Shown: positions 36,018 through 45,583 of the stretch, piece by piece
Layout of the letters: each line of letters begins with the position of its first letter
How positions within the stretch are numbered: position 1 is the stretch's first letter
Origin: Patescibacteria group bacterium
GTDB taxonomy: Bacteria > Patescibacteriota > Minisyncoccia > Phycocordibacterales > JBBTRF01
Reading direction: 5' to 3'
Length of the DNA stretch: 64,000 nt
Assembly: GCA_038065315.1 (NCBI GenBank)
Contig: JBBTRF010000001.1
Coordinates: 592,458 to 656,457, forward strand
Position numbers and translations under genes: made by a program
The notes under the pieces: generated by a model
Told to the model about the DNA's origin: nothing
Database searches by the model: none
The model's input: only the letters and a program-made list of their open reading frames with translations

Positions 36018-37256
36018 ATGATTTTTTCCTACAGCCTCAAAACTGCCGTCACTGGACTCAAGACGAATCGCTCTCGTTCACTTTTGACGATCCTCGGCAT
36101 TGTTATTGGTATTGCGGCAATCATTCTCATCATGTCTTTGGGGCAGGGGGCGCAGCAGCTGATCCTCAATCAAGTGCAGGGCATGGGTTCGAAAACGATC
36201 GTGGTCATCCCCGGTCGCGAGCCGAAAGGTCCGTCGGATGCAGCGCAAGTGTTTAGCGATTCCCTAAAAATCCGCGACCTCGAGCTCCTTCAGAACAAAG
36301 AAAATGTGCCGACACTCGGCAGCGTCATGCCCCTCCTTTTCACTGGCGTGAGTGCTTCGTATGGCAGCGAGACGTATCGTCCGACGATCTTTGGTGTCTC
36401 GCCGCTTATTCAACAGATTTTTGATCTCGATGTTTCCGAAGGCGAATTTTTTAGTAATGACGATGTGCGTGCGCGGGCGGATGTGGTGGTGATCGGCTCA
36501 AAGGTGAAGGAGCAACTCTTTGGTGACAGTCCCGCCCTCGGTGAGAAGATCAAGATCAAGGACCGCAATTTCCGCGTGATCGGTATCATGCCGTCGAAAG
36601 GGCAGGTGTCATTTTTCAATTTTGACGAAGCGGTGATTGTGCCATATACCACGGCGCAGCAGTATGTGCTTGGTATTAAATATTTTCATCGATTCATCGC
36701 TGAGGCTACTTCGCAGGACTTGATCGCGCAGACGGTGACGGATATTAAAGCCACCTTGCGTGAGAGCCACAAGATCACAGACCCGGACAAAGATGACTTC
36801 TTTGTGCAAACGCAGGAGGATCTCGCCGCTCGTTTGGGCCTCATTACCCAAGTCCTCACCCTGTTCCTCGCGGCCGTCGCTGCCATCTCTCTAGTGGTGG
36901 GCGGTATCGGCATCATGAACATCATGCTCGTGTCGGTGACCGAACGTACTCGCGAGATCGGCCTGCGAAAGTCTATCGGCGCAACAGACCGCGATATTCT
37001 GATGCAATTCTTGCTCGAAGCAGTGCTACTCACCGGCACAGGTGGGGTAGCGGGCATCATCATCGGCGGCACGCTCTCCGTGATATGCGCCCTCATCCTC
37101 ACCAATTTTGTCGGTCTCGATTGGAGCTTCCAATTTCCATTCTTTGGCGCCTTCCTCGGTATTGTGGTGTCTGGCGTGATCGGCCTCGTGTTCGGTATTT
37201 ATCCGGCAAAACAAGCCGCGCGCAAAAGCCCGATGGAGGCATTGCGGTACGAGTAG
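36018..37256 (+). CDS. ABC transporter permease (MacB/FtsX-like)
   Basis: RSLLTILGIVIGI and GGIGIMNIMLVSVTERTREIG. Confidence 0.95.
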   Translation: MIFSYSLKTAVTGLKTNRSRSLLTILGIVIGIAAIILIMSLGQGAQQLILNQVQGMGSKTIVVIPGREPKGPSDAAQVFSDSLKIRDLELLQNKENVPTLGSVMPLLFTGVSASYGSETYRPTIFGVSPLIQQIFDLDVSEGEFFSNDDVRARADVVVIGSKVKEQLFGDSPALGEKIKIKDRNFRVIGIMPSKGQVSFFNFDEAVIVPYTTAQQYVLGIKYFHRFIAEATSQDLIAQTVTDIKATLRESHKITDPDKDDFFVQTQEDLAARLGLITQVLTLFLAAVAAISLVVGGIGIMNIMLVSVTERTREIGLRKSIGATDRDILMQFLLEAVLLTGTGGVAGIIIGGTLSVICALILTNFVGLDWSFQFPFFGAFLGIVVSGVIGLVFGIYPAKQAARKSPMEALRYE

Positions 37257-37373
37257 GCGAGTGTGCCGCACGCTGTAATAGTGACGACCGACAGACGGCA
37301 ATGGTATACTAGAGGTCCATTATTAGGGATACCCTTTATTTATTAAACGCTTTAGTCCTAACCAACCACACAT

Positions 37374-38192
37374 ATGTTTTCTTCACTCACCGAAACCCAA
37401 TCAAAGCGCCTTTTTCAGGCCTTCCACGTGCTCCTTATCGTCGGCTCTCTCTATCTTTTGGCCCGAGTGATCACTGAGGTGAAGACCTCGGCGAACATCG
37501 GCAAGACACCAGTCCAGAGCCAGATCTCTGTCACTGGCAAAGGTGACGCGTATGCTATCCCAGATATCGCGACCGTCTCATATGATGTGAGCCATGAAGC
37601 CAAGACCGTCTCCGAAGCTCAGGAAAATGTCACGAAGCGTGCAAATGACATCCTCGCGTACCTCAAGGAGGCAGGTATCGAGGATGTGGATGTGAAGACC
37701 ACCAACTATCAGATCTATCCGCACTACGAATACAGCAATCGACCGGTGGTTTGTTACGACGCTGCGAGCTGTCAGCCAAAGGACAGCCGATACTTTATTG
37801 GCTACAACGTCACCAGCTCCTTCCTCGTGAAGATTCGCAAGGTGGAGGATGCAGGAAAGATACTCGCGGAGATTGGTAACCGAAAGGTGACCAACTTGAG
37901 CGGTCTCTCTTTCACTGTTGAAAATGAAGATGCGACCAAGGCACTGGCTCGCAAGAATGCGATCGAGGATGCACAGCGCAAGGCAGAAATACTCGCGAAA
38001 GATCTCGGTGTTTCTCTCGGCAAGATCAGTAGTTTCTCTGAATCAGGCAACGGCTACTATCCAATGTACTACAGCAAGGAAATGGCAATGAGTTCGGACG
38101 CTGGCGGAATGGGCGGAGCACCGGCGCCTGAGCTTCCAGCAGGCGAGAACAAGACCACTAGCCAGGTCACGATAACCTACGAAATCAACTAA
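37374..38192 (+). CDS. SIMPL (DUF541) domain protein
   Basis: ISVTGKG...PDIA, TTNYQIYP.Y, AIEDA..KA..LA..LGV.LG and V.I.YEI. Confidence 0.9.
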   Translation: MFSSLTETQSKRLFQAFHVLLIVGSLYLLARVITEVKTSANIGKTPVQSQISVTGKGDAYAIPDIATVSYDVSHEAKTVSEAQENVTKRANDILAYLKEAGIEDVDVKTTNYQIYPHYEYSNRPVVCYDAASCQPKDSRYFIGYNVTSSFLVKIRKVEDAGKILAEIGNRKVTNLSGLSFTVENEDATKALARKNAIEDAQRKAEILAKDLGVSLGKISSFSESGNGYYPMYYSKEMAMSSDAGGMGGAPAPELPAGENKTTSQVTITYEIN

Positions 38193-38296
38193 CAGATAGG
38201 CCGTTTTGGCCCGTCGGTTGACGCTAAAGCCCAAAAGGAGTATTATAATAAATGAGGCCGAGGGGGCCTTTTTTACTAAGCGAACAACGCATCATT

Positions 38297-38479
38297 ATGA
38301 ACATCGTTGAATACATCAAAGAAACTCGTTCAGAAATGGCCCATGTCAGCTGGCCAACCCGCCGACAGGCCGTGATCTACACGGTCGTCGTGATCGTGAT
38401 TTCTCTCGTGACCGGTCTTTTGCTCGGTCTCTTTGATTCCGGATTCGCTCTCGCCATGAAATCGTTCTTGCTCCAGTAA
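38297..38479 (+). CDS. secE: preprotein translocase subunit SecE
   Basis: EM.HVSWPTR plus TM; upstream of nusG. Confidence 0.95.
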   Translation: MNIVEYIKETRSEMAHVSWPTRRQAVIYTVVVIVISLVTGLLLGLFDSGFALAMKSFLLQ

Positions 38480-38497
38480 ATCCCCCCAACCACATCT

Positions 38498-39043
38498 ATG
38501 TCAAAACAAAAACTCGAAGAAGTGCGAAATTGGTACGCCATCCACACCTACGCAGGGTATGAGAATGCCGTGGCACGAAATCTCAAACAGCGTATTGAGT
38601 CTCTCGGTATGGAGAACAAGATTTTCAACGTGCTCGTGCCGACCGAGAAGATGATCAAGGTGAAGGCGGGGAAACGTGTCGAGGAGGAAGAGAAGATCTA
38701 TCCTGGATACATCCTCGTGGATATGATCGTCACCGACGACTCATGGTACGTGGTCCGAAACACTCCTCGCGTGACCGGCTTCGTCGGCTCTGGCGTGTAC
38801 CCGGTACCATTGGAGAAGGCAGAAGTGGAAACAATCTTCAAGCGCATGAATTCCGACAATGTGATGCACAACATCGACCTCGCACTCGAAGATGCGGTCA
38901 TCATTGCCGACGGTCCGTTCAAGGACTTCGAAGGTAAGGTGAGCGAAGTGGATGCGTCTCGAGGCAAGGTGAAGGTACTCGTGTCGATGTTCGGCCGCGA
39001 AACCCCGGTAGAGCTCGATTTCTTGCAAGTAAAGAAGATTTAA
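38498..39043 (+). CDS. nusG: transcription factor NusG
   Basis: WYAIHTYAGYE, PGYILV and MFGRETPVEL. Confidence 0.98.
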   Translation: MSKQKLEEVRNWYAIHTYAGYENAVARNLKQRIESLGMENKIFNVLVPTEKMIKVKAGKRVEEEEKIYPGYILVDMIVTDDSWYVVRNTPRVTGFVGSGVYPVPLEKAEVETIFKRMNSDNVMHNIDLALEDAVIIADGPFKDFEGKVSEVDASRGKVKVLVSMFGRETPVELDFLQVKKI

Positions 39044-39070
39044 GGTAACCTGTAATTTCTATAAAACACC

Positions 39071-39493
39071 ATGGCTAAAAAACTCGTAAAATCACTCAAA
39101 TTGGTCATTCCAGCAGGGAAGGCAACCCCAGCTCCCCCTATTGGCCCTGCGCTTGGTCAGGCCAAGGTGAACATCGGCGAATTCGTGACTCGTTTCAACG
39201 CGGGCACCAAGGACCGAATGGGCGACCTCGTCCCGACGATTATCAACACCTACGATGACAAGTCTTTCGAGCTTGTCTTCAAGACGTCTCCGGCTTCGAG
39301 CCTCATTTTGAAGGCGATCGGCAAGGAGAAGGGTTCAGGCAAGGCACCGACAGAGAAGGCAGGTACTATCAGCAAAGCGAAGGTTCGCGAAATCGCTGAG
39401 AAGAAGATGGTTGATTTGAATGCGAATACTATTGAGGCAGCGATGAAGATTATTGAGGGATCTGCACGATCGATGGGGGTGGACGTGAAGTAA
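39071..39493 (+). CDS. rplK: 50S ribosomal protein L11
   Basis: [16 protein letters not shown]...GSARSMG. Confidence 0.98.
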   Translation: MAKKLVKSLKLVIPAGKATPAPPIGPALGQAKVNIGEFVTRFNAGTKDRMGDLVPTIINTYDDKSFELVFKTSPASSLILKAIGKEKGSGKAPTEKAGTISKAKVREIAEKKMVDLNANTIEAAMKIIEGSARSMGVDVK

Positions 39494-39496
39494 AAG

Positions 39497-39603
39497 AAAA
39501 ACAAAGCACCCTTTCTTGGGGTACGCATAAATCCTCACTAGGATTTTGCTCCGGCTCGCGCCAGTCGCGCTCCGCAGTCCCCAAGAAAGGGTGCTTTGTT
39601 TTT
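39497..39603. repeat. 107-bp palindromic element with 25-bp perfect terminal inverted repeats
   Basis: AAAAACAAAGCACCCTTTCTTGGGG (39497-39521) and its reverse complement (39579-39603); internal hairpin AAATCCT-CACT-AGGATTT. Confidence 0.8.
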
Positions 39604-39757
39604 CCATATTTATCTTCACACCACGCATCTCTCGCATAGTTGACTTTTTATGATATTCGTGATAGTAAGATAGACAGATTCCCTTCGGGAATGCTCCTTG
39701 CCACGGGTCAGTGGTGTTCGGTCGGCTCCACCTCGGTTTCAACACAGGAGGCTCATT

Positions 39758-40540
39758 ATGTCGGAAGAAAATCATCTTAAGATCGTCCAACTCAACATCT
39801 GCCGCGGGAAACACCCGCAGGCGATGGAGTTCATCAAAGCCAATCGCGACAAGTTCGACGCATTCCTCCTCCAGGAGGTCGTTGAGCACAACCAGATCCA
39901 GCTTGCTCGGGACTTTCGGAACGCATACTTTGTTCCAATGACGAAGGTCTGGGACGGTATCAGTGAAACCCAGGGCCGCTGGACTACCTCGGGTGTCGGC
40001 ATCTACACCAACCTGCCGATGACTTCCGTTGCCGCCCACTATTATGTCGGCGAATACGGCCGGCTTCAGCATCTCGACGACACCTCGCTTGAGCGCATCG
40101 ATGCGACAAAGAGTCGCGTCGTCGCTGTTTGCGACATCGCGATAGGGAGTATCGGTTATCGCCTCGCCACTACGCATTTCACTTGGGTGCCGAAAGGGGA
40201 GCCAAGCGACTTTCAGCGTGCTGATGTTTGGCGGATGGCGCAGATCTTGAACGGCCTGGGAGAGTTCGTTTTTTGTGGGGACTTCAACTTTCCCCGCGGC
40301 GGCGAGATCTATCAGAAGCTGCTTGCCTTGACGAGTCTGCACGCCGCAGTGCCGGCCAGGTTCGACAATACCCTCGATCCAGAACTTCACAAGCTGAATG
40401 GGAAGGTGAAAGCGATGATTGACCACATCTTTGTGGGCGTCGTCGGGTATGAGGTTTATGATGTCGAGCAGGTGTTCGGTCTCAGTGATCACGGCGCATT
40501 CACCGCGAAGGTGCGCGAACGTGTCGGCTCGATGCCTTGA
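39758..40540 (+). CDS. endonuclease/exonuclease/phosphatase (EEP) family protein
   Basis: QLNI, LQEV, TTHF, CGDFN, IDHIF and SDH; AGGAGG Shine-Dalgarno. Confidence 0.9.
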   Translation: MSEENHLKIVQLNICRGKHPQAMEFIKANRDKFDAFLLQEVVEHNQIQLARDFRNAYFVPMTKVWDGISETQGRWTTSGVGIYTNLPMTSVAAHYYVGEYGRLQHLDDTSLERIDATKSRVVAVCDIAIGSIGYRLATTHFTWVPKGEPSDFQRADVWRMAQILNGLGEFVFCGDFNFPRGGEIYQKLLALTSLHAAVPARFDNTLDPELHKLNGKVKAMIDHIFVGVVGYEVYDVEQVFGLSDHGAFTAKVRERVGSMP

Positions 40541-40603
40541 GCTACGCGACATCGTCAGTAGTTTTTCAACAAGCCGCGCCCTTAAATGGACGCGGTCTTC
40601 TTT

Positions 40604-41275
40604 TTATAACACCGAATCGATATCTTTGAACGAGGTAAGTTGCGGACAGTCGATGTTGGCGTCCTGCGCTTTGCAATACACAAGTATAGAATCGATACCC
40701 AGAGACTTCGGCACCTCGTAGTCGGAGCGCGGGCGATCACCGATGTAGAGGAAATTCTCTGGCGAGAGGTCGGGGTAGAGGGCCATCCATTGTTTGTAGA
40801 GGTCGCCGTTTGGCTTTGAGCCGTCGTCGTTGGTAAGGATGTGCCCGAATAGGCCGTGGCTCATGTCGAGCTTGCCGAGCTTTTTGTTGGCGTTGGTACG
40901 GTTTGATCCTGTGAGGATGTCGATGTTTTGGTATTTTGCTTTCAGACGCTTCAAGATATTGAGGGTTTCTTGATCCGGCACGAGATAGTCGTCGATATCG
41001 GCGCGCTCGAGGGCTTCCTGAACGATGTCTTGGTGATTAGGAACCCCAAGCATTTTCAGTGTTGTTGAGCCGCCGAGGCCGCGACCTTCTTTGTACAGGT
41101 CTTTGAACATTTTCTCCGCTTCGGTGAGTGAGACGCCCTTGTGTTCGCTGATCTTGTGGTAAATATAGATCTGAATCGCCTCGTCGATAAAGCTCGACTT
41201 GGGGTAGAGGGTCTGGTCGAGGTCGAAGCCGATGACTTTGATTTTTGAGTAGTCTTTTCTCATTTCGCCTTTCAT
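40604..41275 (-). CDS. HAD family phosphatase
   Basis: FDLDQTLY, LTG, KP and YIGDR..SD. Confidence 0.92.
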   Translation of the reverse strand: MKGEMRKDYSKIKVIGFDLDQTLYPKSSFIDEAIQIYIYHKISEHKGVSLTEAEKMFKDLYKEGRGLGGSTTLKMLGVPNHQDIVQEALERADIDDYLVPDQETLNILKRLKAKYQNIDILTGSNRTNANKKLGKLDMSHGLFGHILTNDDGSKPNGDLYKQWMALYPDLSPENFLYIGDRPRSDYEVPKSLGIDSILVYCKAQDANIDCPQLTSFKDIDSVL

Positions 41276-41276
41276 G

Positions 41277-43721
41277 CTATTTAGTATACCCGACATAAAA
41301 CACCGTGAGGTTGCCAGTCTTCGCCTTGAGCTGCTTTGAAAATTGGCCGCAGAGGTAGTTGAGTGCTTCGGTGTCCGCTTTCTGCTTGGCGAGCGCGCGA
41401 TTCATGAAGACCGCCGTGGCATGGAGCTTGTTGCCAAGGACGTTGGCCTGGAAGAAGGCGAGCTGATCGGCTTGGGGGTCGCTTTTGCCGGCTTGGTATT
41501 CGGAAAGGACGGGGTTGTTGTGCATCACGCCCTTCTGCTTGTAGTAGTCGATGGCGCGGGCAACGGTGTCGACGCCTTCGAAGTCATAGAGTCGGTCGAG
41601 GAAAGACTTTTTTGGTCGCTTGGCGACGGGCTTGATAGGGGAATAGCTGTACGCGACCACGCCGCTGGTCATGTCGGGTTTTGTTACGGCCGTTTTTGTT
41701 TTGCCCGTATTTTTTGCTTCGCCAAGACTATATGGCCCGCTTTTGGTGTCGAGGTCGTCGGTCGGCTTCGAAGGCTCCATGAGGATCTTCTTGGTGCGCT
41801 GTTCTTCGGTCAAAAGGAGAATGTTGCCGCGATTGGAAAGCATGTACATGTCGCCGGACTTCAGCTTCAGGGCTGTGCGAATCGCGGTGACATAGGCGTC
41901 GTGTAGGCCAAAGATGTTTTCCGGGTAGGCGTTGACCATGTTGTGAGCACGGGCGATGTGGAAGGAATGCATTTTGCCCTTCTTGGGAATGAAAATGTCA
42001 TACACGAGACACGGGTCGTGGGTGTATTTGCGTTTCCCACTGCCTGGGTCGATGTAGCTGCCCATGTCAACGGTCGGGTCGAAGCGGGCGATGATCGAGG
42101 CCTTTCGCGGGTTTTTCTTGAGCGTCTTTTTGGTTTCCAATAGCTGATCCACGCCAAAGTGCTGGCGGGTGCGCTCACCGTAGCTATAATCGCCATCGTG
42201 GTCGAAGCGGAGCAGCTGTTTTTTGTAGTTGGCGCGCATCTCCGCGGTAGACTGGTCGCCTTGTTTGTAGAAAGCGGGGAGGGTGGTGAGGGATTTTGCA
42301 GAATTGCGATAGATCGCCAGAGCGACACCGCTGCGCGCGGTACCTTTCTGCCTGTCTCCGTGTTCGTGGGTGAGACCTTCGGTGTAGATCTTCATGAGGA
42401 TGTTTTTGTGCACGCCGAGGAATGAGTCGCCGTCGGATACCAAAAGAGGGAGGTCGGTCTTGTTGATTCGGAAGATGCCTGAAAAGTCCTGGATGAAGGC
42501 GTAGTTGAGCTTTGCGGCGAGTGTGGCGCGACCGATCTGTCCGCCGACATCCACACGGTGGAGGAAGTCCATCTCGTAGTCCTCAAAACGGTTTTTCTCG
42601 GCGAGCCAGGTGAAAATCGCGCCGATCGACTTCGAGCGCAGGTCGAACACCTCCTCGCAAACATCGAAGGCGAGACACATCACTGAGACGCCGCCATCGC
42701 GCACGCTCATTTTGTAATAATATTTCTTGTCCGTGACCAGCGACATGTTGGACTCGATCGGGATCTGCTTTTTGCTGATGATTTTCGCGGTCTGGAAGCT
42801 CGATTTGAGGGAGATGCGGTTTTTGATTTCGGTGTCGACGCGCGCGATCTCGGCGCCGAGCACGAGCTGTTGAAGTGGGCTCAACAGGCGCTTGTCGGCG
42901 CCGAGAAAACGCATGATCGAGTATTCGAGGCGGAATTCATCGGCTCCGACCACGAAAAATGTCTTGCCACCCACTTCGAGGTCGACACGAATCTGCCCCT
43001 TCTCCGCACTCACGCAGAAAGGCATTTTTTCAGAAACAGTTGCCTCGCCGAGCGCGATCTTTGGCGGCTGCAGGTGTTGGAACTCCTTTGGGTCGAGGTC
43101 AATGAGCCCTTTTTTCTTGCTTGGCTCTTTGGCGAGCAGGGAGATGAGCTGGTTGAGGGTGTCGTAGTAGATGGATTTCTTCTCAGAAGCTGTCTTCAGA
43201 AACGTATGTACCTCAGCACTTACTTTTGGCTTTAGCCATTCCAGATAGTCAGTAACGACTTGCTTTGAATAATCATTTCGATACATGAAAAGCGGCAGCA
43301 CAATGATATTTTCGCGGAAGGCATCGATGATCTTCTTCGATAAATTGGGAAAATGAGCCGAAGCCGCCTTGCCACCGACAATATAGTTGCCGGGCTTTTG
43401 CGCATCGACACCATTCTGGATTGCGAGAAGGAGGTTGGTGCTCGGCGAGAAGGTGAGTGACTCTTCGGAGAAGAGTACGAGGAAACGGATGGTCGGATGG
43501 GCGAGACAATTCAACACCATGCGCTCCGTGCCGTCGCGGCTCACAATCAAAGCCCCTAGTGCCGAGACGTGCGCACGATTTTTCTCTTCGATCTCGTTGA
43601 ACACCTGTCCGGGTGCGGAGGTGTTGGTGCAAATGCCGATCTGTCCCTCAGCGCCTTCGCCTGGGGTCACGAGGATCGCGTCGACAATCGGGAATTGAGT
43701 TGTGGCGGGTTTGGTTACCAT
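41277..43721 (-). CDS. MtrA-like / DUF4346-like / thymidylate-synthase-like fusion protein
   Basis: N-terminal ERMVLNCLAHPTIRFLVL...QNGVD (MtrA-like); YSYGER..DQL...HDPCL...ARAHNM.NAYPEN (TS-like); degenerate second TS-like tail. Confidence 0.75.
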   Translation of the reverse strand: MVTKPATTQFPIVDAILVTPGEGAEGQIGICTNTSAPGQVFNEIEEKNRAHVSALGALIVSRDGTERMVLNCLAHPTIRFLVLFSEESLTFSPSTNLLLAIQNGVDAQKPGNYIVGGKAASAHFPNLSKKIIDAFRENIIVLPLFMYRNDYSKQVVTDYLEWLKPKVSAEVHTFLKTASEKKSIYYDTLNQLISLLAKEPSKKKGLIDLDPKEFQHLQPPKIALGEATVSEKMPFCVSAEKGQIRVDLEVGGKTFFVVGADEFRLEYSIMRFLGADKRLLSPLQQLVLGAEIARVDTEIKNRISLKSSFQTAKIISKKQIPIESNMSLVTDKKYYYKMSVRDGGVSVMCLAFDVCEEVFDLRSKSIGAIFTWLAEKNRFEDYEMDFLHRVDVGGQIGRATLAAKLNYAFIQDFSGIFRINKTDLPLLVSDGDSFLGVHKNILMKIYTEGLTHEHGDRQKGTARSGVALAIYRNSAKSLTTLPAFYKQGDQSTAEMRANYKKQLLRFDHDGDYSYGERTRQHFGVDQLLETKKTLKKNPRKASIIARFDPTVDMGSYIDPGSGKRKYTHDPCLVYDIFIPKKGKMHSFHIARAHNMVNAYPENIFGLHDAYVTAIRTALKLKSGDMYMLSNRGNILLLTEEQRTKKILMEPSKPTDDLDTKSGPYSLGEAKNTGKTKTAVTKPDMTSGVVAYSYSPIKPVAKRPKKSFLDRLYDFEGVDTVARAIDYYKQKGVMHNNPVLSEYQAGKSDPQADQLAFFQANVLGNKLHATAVFMNRALAKQKADTEALNYLCGQFSKQLKAKTGNLTVFYVGYTK

Positions 43722-44641
43722 TTTTTGCTGCCCCAGCTGTTTGGCAGGAGGGTTTCTATCGAATACGTATTATACACGGGCTGCTTTTTGGCGAAGCAAT
43801 ACACTTGGAGCTTCCAGCCGTAGCGCTTTGAAAGTTCGGTGATAAATTGTCGGCACGGGCCGCAGGTTTGGCAGGGTTCGGCCTCGAATTTGTCGGAGAC
43901 GACGGCGAGATGAGTGAGCTTTTCTTCTTTGGCCATCAATGCGGCGAGGATAGCGCCCATCTCGGCGTGCACCATGAGGCGTTTGTCCGGCGAGGAATAT
44001 TGGCCGGAATAGAAGATTTTGCCGCTTTCGGTGAGAACGGCTGCGCCATATGAGCTAGCACCTTGGTAGGTGGTGAAGGCAAGCTCGAGACCTTTCAGAG
44101 CGTATTTTTTCAGTGCCTGCGCGATGGCGGCCTCATCGGTGTTTTTGCTATTCTTGGCAACCTTTGCCCAATTGGCTTTCGGTGCGACTTTTTTCAATTT
44201 CAAATCGCTTGGCTCCGGGTGGTAGAAGGGGATGGCATCGAGGACATTTTTCACCTTGAAGACAGTCGTACCTTCGGCATCGAGGACGCTGTAGGCGATC
44301 TTGGTGCCAGTGCGGTTGGCGAAATCGGCCATGACTTTGAGTGCGAGCGGCGAAATGATCGGCTTGGTTGAGTCGATGAGAGTGGCCACTTCGACGATCT
44401 GGAAATCGCGATGCTGCACCGCGATGAGCAGAGCCGTCTGTTCCGAAGTGACATCTAGGAGGTTGGTGTCCGACTCAGCCTTTCCGCCGAAGTAGCTCTT
44501 GCCGCTCTTCGAGATCGCGACCGATGCGGCATTGCCATTACCATCCGTGCGCGCCTTTTTGGTGACCGAAAGGAAGAGCGCCTCGTGGAGCGACTTCGCA
44601 AGCTTGTTTGCTGCGGCAGGTTTGTTAATAGATTTCGACAT
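43715..44641 (-). CDS. tandem-domain cytidine deaminase-like protein
   Basis: C-domain GAAVLTESG, HAE and PCQTCGPCRQ; N-domain similar but lacks the Zn ligands (TSEQ, SPLALK). Confidence 0.85.
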   Translation of the reverse strand: MSKSINKPAAANKLAKSLHEALFLSVTKKARTDGNGNAASVAISKSGKSYFGGKAESDTNLLDVTSEQTALLIAVQHRDFQIVEVATLIDSTKPIISPLALKVMADFANRTGTKIAYSVLDAEGTTVFKVKNVLDAIPFYHPEPSDLKLKKVAPKANWAKVAKNSKNTDEAAIAQALKKYALKGLELAFTTYQGASSYGAAVLTESGKIFYSGQYSSPDKRLMVHAEMGAILAALMAKEEKLTHLAVVSDKFEAEPCQTCGPCRQFITELSKRYGWKLQVYCFAKKQPVYNTYSIETLLPNSWGSKKW

Positions 44642-45524
44642 TGCTTCGGAGCTTGCTGACCATGAGGCCGACAGTCTCCCAATCGTAATGGAGGATCTTC
44701 TTGAGGAAATCGTTCAAAAGGTGAATCTTGTCGCGTTCAAGTCGATAGAACATTTTTTCAGCTTTCTTGCTCGAGAGGCGGATGGTCGGGCGCAGCGGCG
44801 TCGGAAAGGCGTAGTAGGGGATGAGTGGCTGACGCTTGTCTTTGGCTTCGACGACGATCACCGTGATCGGCTTGTTGAGGGTTTCGAGGGCATAGTCGAG
44901 ACGATGTGCACCATCGCAAATAATATGAAAAGAATGCGGACCAGTGTAAGGGAGGCCGTAGTTGATGATCGGTGCGTTGGAGTTGAAGGTTGGCAGGTGA
45001 GTGATCTTGCTCACTTCATCGATATAGAAATTGTGCAGCTCCATGTTGCCGAGGTGGTGCATGTTGCTCTGCGCGTCGCGTGCGTAGGTGCCACTGAAGC
45101 GTTTTGAAAGTTTCTCAAGGTCGATGAAGCCATTTTGCAGATCGTACGTGTGTCTCTCAATAATCGGCGGGAGCACGTGGTAGACACCGCGATCTTTCCA
45201 GGTGTACTCGACTGCTCCCTTCAGATTGGTAATCGACATCTTTTGCTTTTTCAGGAATCGATCCACTTCGGCCATAATCTCGATTTGGTTTTGGTAGATA
45301 GTGGGCTGAGGGGTGAAGAGTGGCTCACGTCCCTTGCCGACTTGAATCTCGGCCGGCATACCGATGTGCTTTGGCGGATAGACGGTGGCGAGGCGAAACG
45401 TCGCATTCCGATACGGCTTCACTTTCTCGCCATTCGAAGCGTAGAGACCTCGAAAGACGATGTTTTGCATCATTTTTTCCAACTCTTTGAATGGGATGAT
45501 TTTTTCGAGTTTGAGGCTATGCAT
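44625..45524 (-). CDS. ParB/sulfiredoxin-fold-like protein
   Basis: PPII...IICDGAHR...ITVIVV. Confidence 0.6.
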   Translation of the reverse strand: MHSLKLEKIIPFKELEKMMQNIVFRGLYASNGEKVKPYRNATFRLATVYPPKHIGMPAEIQVGKGREPLFTPQPTIYQNQIEIMAEVDRFLKKQKMSITNLKGAVEYTWKDRGVYHVLPPIIERHTYDLQNGFIDLEKLSKRFSGTYARDAQSNMHHLGNMELHNFYIDEVSKITHLPTFNSNAPIINYGLPYTGPHSFHIICDGAHRLDYALETLNKPITVIVVEAKDKRQPLIPYYAFPTPLRPTIRLSSKKAEKMFYRLERDKIHLLNDFLKKILHYDWETVGLMVSKLRSNVEIY

Positions 45525-45583
45525 GTGCTCACACTATAGCTTTTTCACTTGGAGGGGGCAACTTGACAGACAGGGGTGAATAA

